Assembly: GCA_013265495.1 (NCBI GenBank)
Contig: MU058868.1
Location: 310,001 to 374,000, forward strand
Source: Vicugna vicugna
Lineage: Eukaryota
Length of the DNA: 64,000 bases
Direction: 5' to 3'
Position 1 is the stretch's first letter. Each line of letters starts with the position of its first letter. Under the pieces are notes generated by a model, which was not told the origin of the DNA, did not search any database, and worked only from the letters and a program-made list of their open reading frames with translations. This document shows, piece after piece, positions 20,888-32,410 of the stretch. The translations under genes were made by a program, and so were the position numbers.

Positions 20888-23734
20888 AGCCTCGACCTCC
20901 TTTCCCCGTGGTGACGGGGCTCCATCACCCCAGCAGTCAAACATTCTCTTCTCCAGCCACTGGCTCAGTGGCCTGGGGACCGGTGATGGTCAGAGCCTTC
21001 TCAGCTTCTAGCTTCCTTGGAGGGGGACTGGGTTCCCTGGCTCCTTCCTTGGACACAGGACCTTCAAGCCCACAGAGCAGGGATCCCACGGAGCAGTGGG
21101 GTGTGCAGTAGGGGAGGCCCTGTGCAAAGCAGTTCCACAGGGTCAAAGCTTTCCTGTCAGCTTCCTGGCAGGAGCCCGCTGCTGTCTGCCCTGGAGGTAA
21201 GACGGGCCCCTCCTTCGGAGGCTACTGCGGCCCTGTGGCATTTGGGGCGGGTGGGGGACTAGGCACTGGCACCCATGTCGTGGCCAGGACAGCAAAGCCA
21301 CATCTGTCTCCGGGGTAAGTCACCATCTCCGCTCTGACTGTGGCTCACGTGTTGTCCGGTAGCTACCAGGTTGCTGGCATGTCCCCACCCTCTGACCTTG
21401 CTTTGATCTTTGCTGGTTTGGGATCATTGGGCTTGGAGCCGGGCTGAGAGTTCAGGGAGCCACGGAACCGGCCCCTACACAGCCTCTGCCCCTGCTGCCA
21501 CGGCCACTTTGCACCTGGGCCCATGGAGTGGTACCCGGGCTGGCAGAAAGAGGCTGACATCGCTGTGTCTTATTTACAAGAGCCGCTGATGTGGGGGACG
21601 CTTCCCGGACCAGTGTGGCCTTTCTGCAGGACACAGCACCCTCGCCGTCCCTCTCCTTAGACCTCTCTGTCCCCAAGCTTTCTGTCTAGGTCTTTCTGAG
21701 TCTGGCCCCAGTGGCCAGCCTCTTGGGTGCTGCTTGTTGTAAGCCAAGCTTGAGCCAGATGTGCACCTTGGTGCCGCCCTCTGGGAGTGAGCAGGAAGCG
21801 CCTCGGGGGGCCCCGGGTGCGGGCCGAGGGAGAGGCGGCGGTCCGGGGGGAGCCAGCGCCTCCCGGGCAGGCACCTGCCGCCCTCCAGATGCGCCCGGGC
21901 CTGGACTCCAGTATATACGCCTCAGGACAGAGTGCTCTGTGCGCCGGCTCGGGCCCGGTGGTGGGGCGGGAGCTGCCCCAGGGCGCAGATGCCAGCCCGG
22001 AGCTGCTTTTCCAGGGAATTTTGAGAGGAGGAAGTGCCCTTGCTCCAGGCTGCCCGGACTGACCCCAGGGGCAGGTGGCCTGCACTGCGCCTGGACAATG
22101 CTGTCTGCAGCCCAGGAAATGGGTCAGAACAGCAGGTGCAGACATGGCACGTGCTGCCCCCACACCCAGAGTCCCGTGAGCCCTGGGCCCCTTAGGAGCA
22201 GCGGGTGCACTGTGACCGGTCCCACTTCACGGGGACCATCCCCCGTGCCCCAGACTCTCAGACCCGAGGCTTCCCTGGAGGCTCCTGAACTTCCATGGGT
22301 TTACCCACCCCCACGCAGCAAGCACGGTCTTACTGATGCATCTGGTGTGCTGGTCATCTCGCGGCCCCCTGTCTGATCAGCACAGTGTCACCAAGGAAAC
22401 CGGGACCCTGGACCATATGAAGACAGTGGGAAAGCTGTTGCCTTGAGGTGACTGTAGAGGTGTGCCGCTGTCCCTGTCCCATGAGGGAGCCTGCTGGTCG
22501 TCCCTGACAGGGAGAGAAAGCATTTGCCGGGTCAGCTGCATGTCAGGCCCCCGGGCTGTGTGACTGTCCCCAACGACACCACCACATCCAGACCTCAGCT
22601 CATTGGTGTTGCCACAGGTTACGCTGTGATCATGGCACTCTACACCCATCTGGCAGGTGATTTGGAGAAGAGAGAAGGAACACCCTCCTCACATTCCCCA
22701 GGTTTCTGACTCTCTGCAGCTTCCCCAGAAACGTCGTGGTGTTTTTGGTTTAGCAGGGAGGGCAGGCCTGGGGGCTTCCAGGACAGCCCTCCTTGCACAG
22801 GTCGAGGGTCCGGTGTGGGGTGGCTGCTGCAGCCCTCTCTACCATCTGGGGACACAGAAACACCGCAGGCAGGGCCTGCAGGACCTGTGGGCTCACAGAC
22901 TGAGGTCAGGGCCCTGTGTGCCCAGCAGTGGAGGTGTTCAGGTGAGCGGGAACTGGCCGTCATCCGTAATCCACAGGAGCCTGGCGGGCCTCTCCACGGG
23001 ACAGTCACTTGCGGACCCGCAGGTGCCCCTTACATTCCTGGGGACACGTGTGACTGTTCAGGTGGTTCTTTTTCAGGGGGGTCTGGCCTCCCCTCCATTA
23101 AGGGCTCTTGGTCTGTGAGCCACTTAGTTCTAGGAACTGGGCACAAGGTCCTGGCCTCTCAGTGACAAGTGTGTCAGAGCTGCCAACAGGTCTCCGATTA
23201 TCTGGCTGCTTGTGCCTCTAGCCTCCAGAAGCCGCGCGAAGCCAGCCCTCTCGTGCCTGCCGAGGGCCCGTGCTTCAAAGGCTCGTGTGTGCTTCACCTG
23301 GGGTCTTGTTAAACATGGTCTGACTGGAACTGGGCCTGAGACTGCCTGCGACTCTGGTTGCTGCTGGTCCCAGGAGCACGCGTGGGGCTCAGCAGGCCCC
23401 AGGGCGTGTGGGGAAGTGGCCACAGGCCAGCCTCCCAACCATCGACTCCACTGCCAGGAGCTCGGGCCAGTGCAGTAGGCCTGGTTCTGAGCAGCCGCGT
23501 CCATCACACCTCCCTTGTGTGCGGTGATGGGTTCACTGCCACCATACTTCCCGGGATCCTGCCGGTGTGACCAGCAAGGCTGAGGGCTCCCTCCTCCTGC
23601 AACGCTGGCCATCAGGCTGTGTGGGCAGCCGGGATAGCGACAGACTCTACACGGGGGGAGGGGTCCCCAGTGAGGGGACCTGGCAGTGTTGGGGCCCTGC
23701 CCCTCTGTCCCTGTTTCCTTTCCTTGAAAATTGC

Positions 23735-23810
23735 TATAAAGTGATTTTCCAGCCACTGAGATTAAAGCCTATGATACCAAATAAAAAACAAATAAAACCT
23801 TAAAAAAAAA
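23735..23810 (+). terminator. Cluster of poly(A) hexamers: TATAAA 23735, ATTAAA 23761, AATAAA 23780 and 23791
   Basis: Read directly; first canonical AATAAA found on + after the IDUA stop. Confidence 0.5.
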
Positions 23811-25699
23811 TTGCTGCTCCTGACCAAACAGAGGCCTCATCAGTGTCCAGCCTTCTGTCAGGCAGCGGCTCACAGAACTGGCCCCGTGGCCACAGGAGAT
23901 GAGCCGCCGGGCCCCTGACAGCCCTGTGCCCCAGCTCTCAGTTCTGCCTCTTCCGTTTCAAGGGAGGAGAGATGCCCAGACTTTATCAGCACTGCAGTCG
24001 CCATGGCAGCTAGCCCTTTCCTTCCACCCACACCAGCCCAGCTCGCAGCCACTGAGGAACTTGAGTAGCCTTGGTACCGTTGCCCTCCTGCAAGGCCAGC
24101 CCCCGGCTGTTGCCGGAACCCCACGTGGAGGCTCTGTGTCCTGGGGCCGCCCCCAGTCCCACTGGTCTGGGCCCCAGCGGGAGGACACGCATGCCTGCGG
24201 AAGAGCTTCCGGGCCCAGGTTGAGGAGGCCAGTCAGGAGCAGAAACCCCCAGGGGAACCCCTGTTGGGGAGGGCAGAGGGCGGGCGTTACCCCTCCCATC
24301 GTGAAGGAGGAAGAGAGGGCTGCCCCGCCCTGTGCAAGCCCAGGTGACAGCCGAAGGCAGAGGTGCCAGATGCCACCACACGCCTGGGCGTGACCTGGGC
24401 CCCAGAACAGGGAGGGGGAGGCAGGAGGCCCACTAAGAGGGGTGCAGAGGAACCAGGCCCTTTGTGGGGCCCAGGGCACAAGGGGCTGCACAGGAGGAGA
24501 GCTGTCCTGAGCCTGGTGCCCCTACCTGCTGCCCAGAGGTGGCACTGCGGACCTTGGGTGGTGGGGGATGTGGGTGGAGTCTAGCCCTGGGCATGATGAA
24601 GCCTCATGACTCACACCCTCAACAGGTGGAGAGCCCTGGATGCAGCTGCTGGGGTTCATATGGTCCCCATTACCACGGGACACCACGTGGCCACAGACCT
24701 GCTGCCTCCTGGCGTGCAGCCTGAGCACCCTGACACCCGGTCAGAAGTGCCCCTCAGCCTCCTGGTCCCAGGGTCCCCTCCTCACTGAGGCTGAGGTGGC
24801 CCGACGAGGCCAAAGCCCCACTGCCCACCTTCCACGCCCAGCAGAACCCCTCCTGGGGCTCCCGCGCTGCTCGTGGACTGGCTATGCCTCCAGGTGAGGG
24901 AGGCCTGTGGGTGCCAGTGCTAACCCAGCTCCCCTCTACCACTGCCCTACAAGGTACCAGAGAGAACCTGGGTGGAGCACCGCCGGCGGAGGATGGGAGC
25001 AGGCTGGTCCCCAGCGGGTAGGCCTGTCCCCTCAGCGGACCTGGTCAGGGTGGCCCAGTATGGCAGTGTCCTGTTCTGGCTTTGGGCTGGGATCCATTTG
25101 GGGATCCAGGGGTGCACATCTGCAAGGCTTGGGGGCCCAACCTCAGCAGGAGTGCTGGTCAGCCCCAGAGCTTCGGGACCCACTTGGACGACTGTCCTGC
25201 CCAGTGGCCCCATCCAAGCACTCCAGCCACATCCTGTGACAGCCCTGCATGAAACAGGACTGGCCTCACATCCATGCCCCAAGAGCCCCTGTGGGGACAC
25301 GTAACCCTCTGAGCAGAGTTCTGGGTCAAAGCGTAGACCAGGGGCTGCCCTGCCGAGCTCACCCCTTTGTGAGTGGGCACGAGGTCTCCCCTCCATGGTG
25401 TCTATGCTGAGAGTCACCAGTGGTGCCCCGTGTCCCCAAGGAAAGGACAAACAGTGGTGCCATTGCAGGTTCGAGGGTGGAGGCAGGCCCGGGTCAGGAC
25501 GCAGGAAAAGCTCCAATGAGTCGTCAAGTTGAAATAGGTCATAGGAGAGAAGGTGAAACCAAAAGGAGGTCTTCGGTGCGCTGCAAAGTCTGACATCAGC
25601 AGCTGCTGCCGGGAGTCTGTCACCTCAGTGGCCTCCCCGGCCCCTCCACGGAGGCCTCTCGTCTGTCTTCTTAGCATTTTTTGCTTTGTCTTTAAGAAA

Positions 25700-28600
25700 A
25701 ATATATAATGACACCTTTACTGAAGTATAATTGACACAATAAACTGCACTCTTTAAAGCATATGATTTAATAAGTTTTGACAAGTTCATGTCCATGAAAC
25801 CAAACACAATATAGATAGCGAGCATTTCCAACCCCCAGAAGCTGAGCCGGGCCCCAGCCCAGGCAGCCCCAGGCCTGCCTCCTGGCACTGCAGACTGACC
25901 GGCTCTTCCTAGGGTGCTGTGCAGGTGCCACCACACAGCGTCCTCCCACCAGCACAGTCACCAGGGACAACTGTCCTTGTTGAGCGTGGACCCTCCGCAC
26001 GTTTTTACTGCTGACTGTGTCCCGTCCGTGGACCCCAACAGTCCATCTGCCCGGTCACCTCTTGCCGGACATCTGGGTAGGTCCCGGTTTGGGGCATCTG
26101 AGAACAGAGCTTTGCACCTCCTCTTCTGTTGGGTAAACACCTGTGCGTGGAGCGCTAGGCCCCGAGGCTGGGTCAGAGGCGCGCTTTGCGCTCTAGCGCC
26201 TTGCTGAACTGTCTTCCGGAACGGCTGCGCGGGCTCCGGGCCGAGCGCGTGCGCGTGCGCGCCGCCTCCCAGGACGGACCCTCGTGCAGGGGTCTGGGTT
26301 CTTGCCGCCCTGCCAAGTGCACCAACACTACTCCTTTTGCTCTCTTTTTTTTCTTGTAGATTCCATAGACTGTCTCAGAGCTGATCCTGTCATTTACAAA
26401 TCATACCATTTTACTTATTTTTTTCCAGTCTGAACCAGCTTGAACCTCCGGCACAATGTTGACCAACTGCAGAGGCAGCAAACCCGGGTCTGGTTCTGGT
26501 GGAGGGGAAGCCTGATTCTTCAACAATGAAGTGTCATGTTGGTGGTAACGTTTCTGCAGACGCCTCTTGCCGGGTTGAGGAAGTCCTTGCCTACGCCCGC
26601 TTGCTCAGGTGTTTCTGTTTCTGTTTTTTTAAATCGGGGATGGGTGTTGGAATCTGTCCAACTGTTCAGCCTTTTCTGAATCTGTTGAGATAATCACGTG
26701 CTTTTCTGTGTGGATATGGTCAGCTACGTTGATTTTTAAATATTAAACCAAATTTGCATCCTTGGGATAAACCCCACGTGATCATGATGTATTAGCCTTT
26801 CTTTATATTGTTGAATTTGTGAACCAGAGTTTAAAATGTTTTGCATCTGTGTTCACGACAGACACTTTTCTGGAGGTTTCTGTCCTTGTCGTTCTGAGTT
26901 TGGCATCAGAGTAACGTGGGCTTCATGGGATGGGCTGGAAGGTGCTCCCTTCTCTTCACTTTTCTGGTAGTGTTCCTGTAGAATGGGTGTCGTTTGCTCC
27001 TGAAATGTTTTGTAGGATTTCTCAGTGAAGCCATCTGGGCCTGGTGTTTTCTTTGTGGGAAGGTTTTTAACTAAAAATTCAGATTATTTAATAAATAGAG
27101 TCAGGTTTTCCATTTCTTCCAGAGTGAGCTGTGGTAGTTCTTGTTTTTCAATGAATTTGTCTGTTTTTTCTAAGGTGTCAGAAGTATTGGCATAATTCTT
27201 TTCATGTATGTATTACTAATATTGCCTCTCTCAGTCCTAATATTGATACTTTGTCTCTTTTCTCTTTTCTTCCCCCCAGATCCATGTGTAAGGGATTTAT
27301 CAATGTGATTGATCTCAAAGAGCCAGCTTCTGGCTTCCTGGTTTCCTCTGTCCGATCTTGTTCTGTTTTGCTGTTTTCTAGCTCGTTGATTTCTAACGTG
27401 ACCTTTGGCTCCTTCTGCTTACTCTGGGTTTTGTCTCTGCTCAGGTTCTCTGGTCTCTTTGGAAGGAAACCGCGTCCTGTCTTCTCAGCTCAGCGGTTGG
27501 CACTGTGAGTGTCCAGGCACTGCTTTAACTCCATCCCACAGTTTTCCACATGTTGTCTTTTCCATTCAGTTCAAAATACTTTTTGATTTTCCTTTTGGTT
27601 TCTTCTTCAATGCATGGGAAATTAACGGATAGGCTATTGGTTTGCAAATATTCGAGGAGTTTCCAGGTATCTTTGGTCAGTGACTTCTAATATAATTCCA
27701 ATGTGGTCAGACAACATTCTTTGTATGATCTGAATTATTTTAAATATGTTGCCACTTGTGGCTCACAAAATGTTTGCCTGTTCTATAAATATCCATTAGG
27801 CCCATTTAGCTGATAGTGTTGTTCAAGCTTTCCGTATTCCTGATGAGTCTCTGTCTACTTACTGAATCGAGAACTGGGGGAGGAGTGTTGAAATCTCTGT
27901 GTGGTTGTGGCTCTTCTTGTTTCTCCCGGGTCGGTTCCTGCTTCATGGATTCCTGTCTGCTGTTGTCGGGTGCATGTACATTTTGGGTTGTTTCATTTTT
28001 TCGTGATTTTAGGACATTGTCATTATGAAAAGACCCTATTTATCTCTGATCACACTCTTGCTCTGAAATCGACTTTGTCTGAGGTTAGCGCTGCCACTGC
28101 AGAGTTCTGATTAGTGCTCGCCGATTTTTCTTTTTCTACTCTTTAATTTTTAACCTATTTGTATCTATATTTGAAGTCTGTGTAGATGGCTTATAGTTGA
28201 ATCTTGCTTTTTTTTTTTTTTCCCTGTCGGGTAACCTCTCTGCCTTTCAATTGGGATGCTTTGATCATTTACATTTAGTGTGATTATTGACATGATTGGG
28301 TTTAAATCTACCTTCTTGCTATTTATCTTGTATTTGTCTCATCTGTTTTCTCCCTTTTTTTCTGTTTTCTTTTGGATTATTGTTATTTTTAAAATTACTC
28401 CCTCTGTCTCTTCTATTGCATTCTTAGTTGTTATTCTTTGCTAGTTTATTTTAGTGGTTGTGTTAGGATTTATGCCCTCCATTTTCACTTGTCAATGTCT
28501 GCTGGTGAGTGAGAGCATACCAGCTCACATGTAGTCGGAGGACCTTACAAACCCATTTCTCATCTTCTCCCAGCCTTTGTGCTCCTGTGATCATACATAT

Positions 28601-30470
28601 TCATTTTTCATATGCTGTCAATCACACAATACACTGCTGTTCTTTCTGCTTTAAGCAGATGAGTATATTTTAAAGAGACTCAAATCATAAGAAAAGCATT
28701 CCCTGCAGTTTCCCTGTCTGGGACCCTTCATGTCTCTGGGTGGCATCTGGCTTTCCTCTGGCCCCACCCTCCTCTGCTTGGATGACGTTCTTTAACATTT
28801 CTTGTGGTATAGATCTGCTGGTGATGAATTCTTCCAGTTTCTTCCGTCTGAAAAATTCCTTGTTTCACCTTTGGTTTCAAAAGACACTGTTGCTCGTAGA
28901 GAATGCAGGTTGATGGGCTCCCTTTCCTTGAATTTTAAAGATATTGCTCTACTGTCTTCTTGCGTGCATTGTTTTCATTCAGGACATCAACAAAACATCC
29001 TTTGTTTGTTTGTTTCTGTATAAAAATGTGGCTTTTTCTCTGGGAGCATCTCAGTTACTCTCTCTATAGCTGGTCCTCAGCACCCCGAGAAGTGTTACGG
29101 CTGGCCCTCAGCGCCCCGAGGAGGGCTATGGCTGGCCCTCAACGTCCCGAGGAGGGCTATGGCTGGCTCTCAGTGCTCTGAGACTCTGAGAAGGACGCTC
29201 CTCGGGGAGTTTTCTTCCTGATTCTTGTGGTTACATTTTCTTGAGCTTTTGGAAACTGTGAGTTTACGTCTTTTATCACATTTTGAAAAATTGTGGCCAC
29301 TTTTTCTTAAAATATTTTCTTTTCCACCCTGTCTCCTTTCCCGTGGGGCTCCAGTTCCACGTGCATTTCACTACCTGAGGTTGTCCTAGGACTCACTCGT
29401 GGCTTGTTCATTTTTTCAGTGTTTTTTCTCTGTTTCCTTGGACAGTTCCTCTTGCTCGGTCTTCAAGATCAGTCTTTTCTTTCCCAGTGTTCTAATGACC
29501 CTAGTGTCTTTATTTCAGACATTGTAATTCTCATCCCTGCACGTTCAGTTGGAGGTTTTAAAAAGTCTTCCCTGTCTCTCCTTAATATGCTCAGTCTTTG
29601 CTCTGACACCTTGGACAAACAGAAGACAGTAAATGTGTTGGTGTTCTCACCTGCTAATCTCATCATTTCTGGGTTCTTCCTGACTGTTTTCCCCTCTGTA
29701 CTGGTTTTAATTTCCTGCTTCTCTTCATGCCTGGGGATTTTTGGTTGGATGTCAAACATTGTGTATTCTGCCTTATTGGGTGCTGGATAGTTTTGTGTTC
29801 CTATAAATAGTCTTGCGTTTGTTTCTGGGATGTAGTTAAGTGACTTGCAAACAGTATGGTCCTTTAGGTCTTGTTTTTAAGCTTTGCTGGGCCGGACAAG
29901 AAATGCATTGAGTCTAGAGTTGATTTGTCCCTTCTACTGAGGCAAGACCCTTCTTTGTACCCTAATCAATGCCCCTTGAATGACTAGGTTCTCAGTACTG
30001 ACTGTTGGATGCAGACATCTTTCCTGCCCTGTGGACTCCCATCCTTCTGGGTGGTTCTTCCCCATCCTTGGGTGGTTCCTTTTCACTCTTAGACTGATCT
30101 ATAGTCAGCTGAAGCCTTGAGGATGCGGGACCCTCTGCGGGTCTCTGGGGCTCCTTCTCCACACAGCTCCTTCCTCTCCAGGACTCTGCCCGATGAACCC
30201 TGGCTACCTTCCCCTGCCAGGACTCCCCCTCCCTCTGGACTCTGTCTGGGTCCCCACTCCCGGCACTGCACCCTGGAAGGCAGGGAGTGGAGACAACCAT
30301 AAGGCCCCCTTCATTTGTTTCCTGTCCCACAAGGACCACTGTCTCTTGTTACATGATGTCCACTCTTGGGTGCTGTTTTTCACGTAGTTTATCTCTGACT
30401 TTTTTTTATACGTGTGGAGAACGTGTAAACTGGTGCCTGCCACTTCATCTGGAGCTGGAGCTTCAGTTCC
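25700..30470 (-). mobile_element. Ancient internally deleted L1 (L1MB/MC/MD-like), antisense: 3'UTR about 25700-26330, ORF2/ORF1 remnants about 26340-29800, 5' end to about 30470; could be two fused elements
   Basis: tttactgaagtataattgacac, ggttgaggaagt, gggataaaccccac, cagtgaagccatctgggcctgg, actgaggcaagacccttc match L1M consensus blocks; no intact ORF. Confidence 0.85.
29069..29182 (+). repeat. 31-bp minisatellite, about 3.7 copies (gctggccctcagcgccccgaggagggctatg)
   Basis: Units start at 29069, 29100, 29131 and 29162, head-to-tail with no spacers. Confidence 0.9.
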
Positions 30471-30969
30471 CTGCCAGCACTCTTCATCGTCAGACATGTT
30501 CCTCTCAGTCCCCACATCTGCCACCAAGATGCCCTCTTTGTGAGGGATGGGGACATGCCTTCCTTGTGGACCCTCACAGGTCCAGCCTCTTGAAGAGCCT
30601 GGCACAGAGCCAGGGTCAGCGTGTCATGGTTGAACGATGACCACGTGGAGGGCAAATGAATACCTCTTCTCGGGCTCACTGTGCAGCCCAGGTGGGAGAC
30701 AGAGACTCTGGAATCCCCGCAGGGGTTCTGTGAGATCAGGTTGCAGATGGGGACCGAGACCAGGAGATCAGCTAATTGCCCAAGTCTCAGTTTTAAAAGG
30801 GCAGTATTTGAACCAGTTCCTATTCAAATACTGGCCCATTGTCATGAAGGGGAAGGGGAGCCTGCTGGTTGGAGAGCTTCATGGAGGAAGCAGCCTTGGA
30901 GGTGTGGGAGGCTGGCAAGGCTCTGGGAGGAGAGCCGGCCGCCCTCAGGGACCGCCATGCCCCGCACCT

Positions 30970-30984
30970 CCGCCAGGGGGCAGC
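30970..30984 (+). promoter_or_regulatory. CTCF-like site CCGCCAGGGGGCAGC between IDUA and FGFRL1
   Basis: Full match to the CTCF core CCRSYAGRKGGCRS. Confidence 0.65.
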
Positions 30985-31199
30985 GCGTCCCCACATAGGG
31001 AGGTGGGCCCCACCCAGGACGCATCCTTTCCTGCTCACACACCTAAGGTGTGGGCCATGCCCCCTCGCCCACCTGCCTGGACTGCCACTGCCACCTGGGG
31101 CCGCTCACCTGGCCATGGCCCCTCCCCACCGTTCACCGTATCCCCCACCCGGGCACTGGACTGCCTCGCTCTGGCTCGCTTCCTGCTTCTGACTCCCAC

Positions 31200-31400
31200 C
31201 CCCACCCCTCCTTGCTTCAGAGCCAGCTTTTCACACACCTGCCACTGGCAGCCTAACTCACCTGTCCGAGCTCTTCACGCTATGGTGGTTTCTCCCACAA
31301 ACCTGCCTGCAAAGTCCCAGGCAGCCTTCGTACTAGCCCTGGACCTCTCTACTCATTCTGTCCTGAAGCGCGTGTCTGTGACCCCCAGCGCTGGCTGCAC
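31200..31400 (+). mobile_element. Degenerate L2 fragment
   Basis: cctaactcacctgtcc...ttctcccacaaacctgc resembles the L2 ORF2 region. Confidence 0.4.
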
Positions 31401-31813
31401 CAGCCGCAGGTGGGCTCAGGAACCGGCTCTCCTGGCTTCCTTGCCCGCGGAGTCTGACTCCAAGCACAGGAGGCTGCTCAGGTCTGCCTCTGGGCCATCA
31501 CTCAGACGTAGGCAGGACAGAGATGGGCCCACCACCATCCACCCACGAGGTGCCCACACCGGCCCAGAGCAGGGTTTGGAAACATGCCTTCTCACTGGCT
31601 TGGGAAGGGTAAGCAGCCGGGGCTTCGATGGGCCCTACACCCTGATGGCTGGCTCTCCCTAGCCCAGCTCTCCTCTGCCTGGGGACCTGTACCTGCAACA
31701 CCTCACCGGTTTCAGTTTTCCCTGGAAGAGGGAACTCCTGAGAGGACAGAGGCTCTTCCAGGCACAGTTCCCAAGGGAATAGCTTGGGCAGAGCCCAGAG
31801 GGGATGAGGGGTA

Positions 31814-31897
31814 CTGCAGGGTGGGAGTGGGGTTGGGGTGCTGCAGAGTGGGGGTGGGGCTGGGTGTGCTGCAGGTTGCAGGTGGGGTGGGGGCTGG
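31814..31897 (+). repeat. G-rich 27-28 bp imperfect tandem repeat, about 3 copies (ctgcag-gtggg-gtgggg-tggg)
   Basis: Units start at 31814, 31841 and 31869. Confidence 0.7.
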
Positions 31898-32209
31898 AAT
31901 GGGCCAGAGTTGAGGTAGGGAGTGGGACAAGGGCAGGACCCAGGTGTGCAGAAGACCGTGGGGTTTGTATTGAGGGCAGTGGGGAGCCAGAAGGGTCAGG
32001 ATTGTGTTTCAAAATGGCAATTCTCCATTCCAGTGAAGTGACAGTGCAGGGAGAGCAAGGGAGTACCTGGACCACTCATTTAGGCCAGAGAGGATGGGGG
32101 ATGGTCAGAGAGACCCTGAGGGATGGCAGCTGGGGAGGCAGGAGAGCCAGTGGGTGCACGTGACTGATCAGGAACGGGAGGGCGGTGGGGCAGTGTAGAG
32201 AAGGGTCCA

Positions 32210-32410
32210 CAGTGGAGCTGGACTCCACAGCGCGTGGTTCCAGTCCTAGACGTGCCAAGTGCTGGCTGGGAAATCTTGGGTAAGTTGCCAACCTTCTCTG
32301 TGCCTACATTTCTTCTCTGCACAGGTGACAGCAAGACACTTGCCTGGCTGTGAGGGTTAAAGGCAGCACTGTGTGTGGTGTTCTCTATTTATAATGATTA
32401 TTAATGTCCT
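32210..32410 (+). mobile_element. MIR SINE remnant
   Basis: cttgggtaagttgccaaccttctctgtgcctacatttctt...tgtgagggttaaa...ataatgattatta resemble the MIR core and tail. Confidence 0.6.

Noticed and set aside
29069-29182. CRISPR-like array (31-bp repeats)
   Set aside because: Head-to-tail units with no unique spacers, eukaryotic context and no cas genes; it is a minisatellite
30637-31662. 341-aa plus-strand ORF (likewise 37059-38129 and 50331-51302)
   Set aside because: GC-driven stop-codon scarcity, no recognisable protein similarity, partly overlapping repeat remnants
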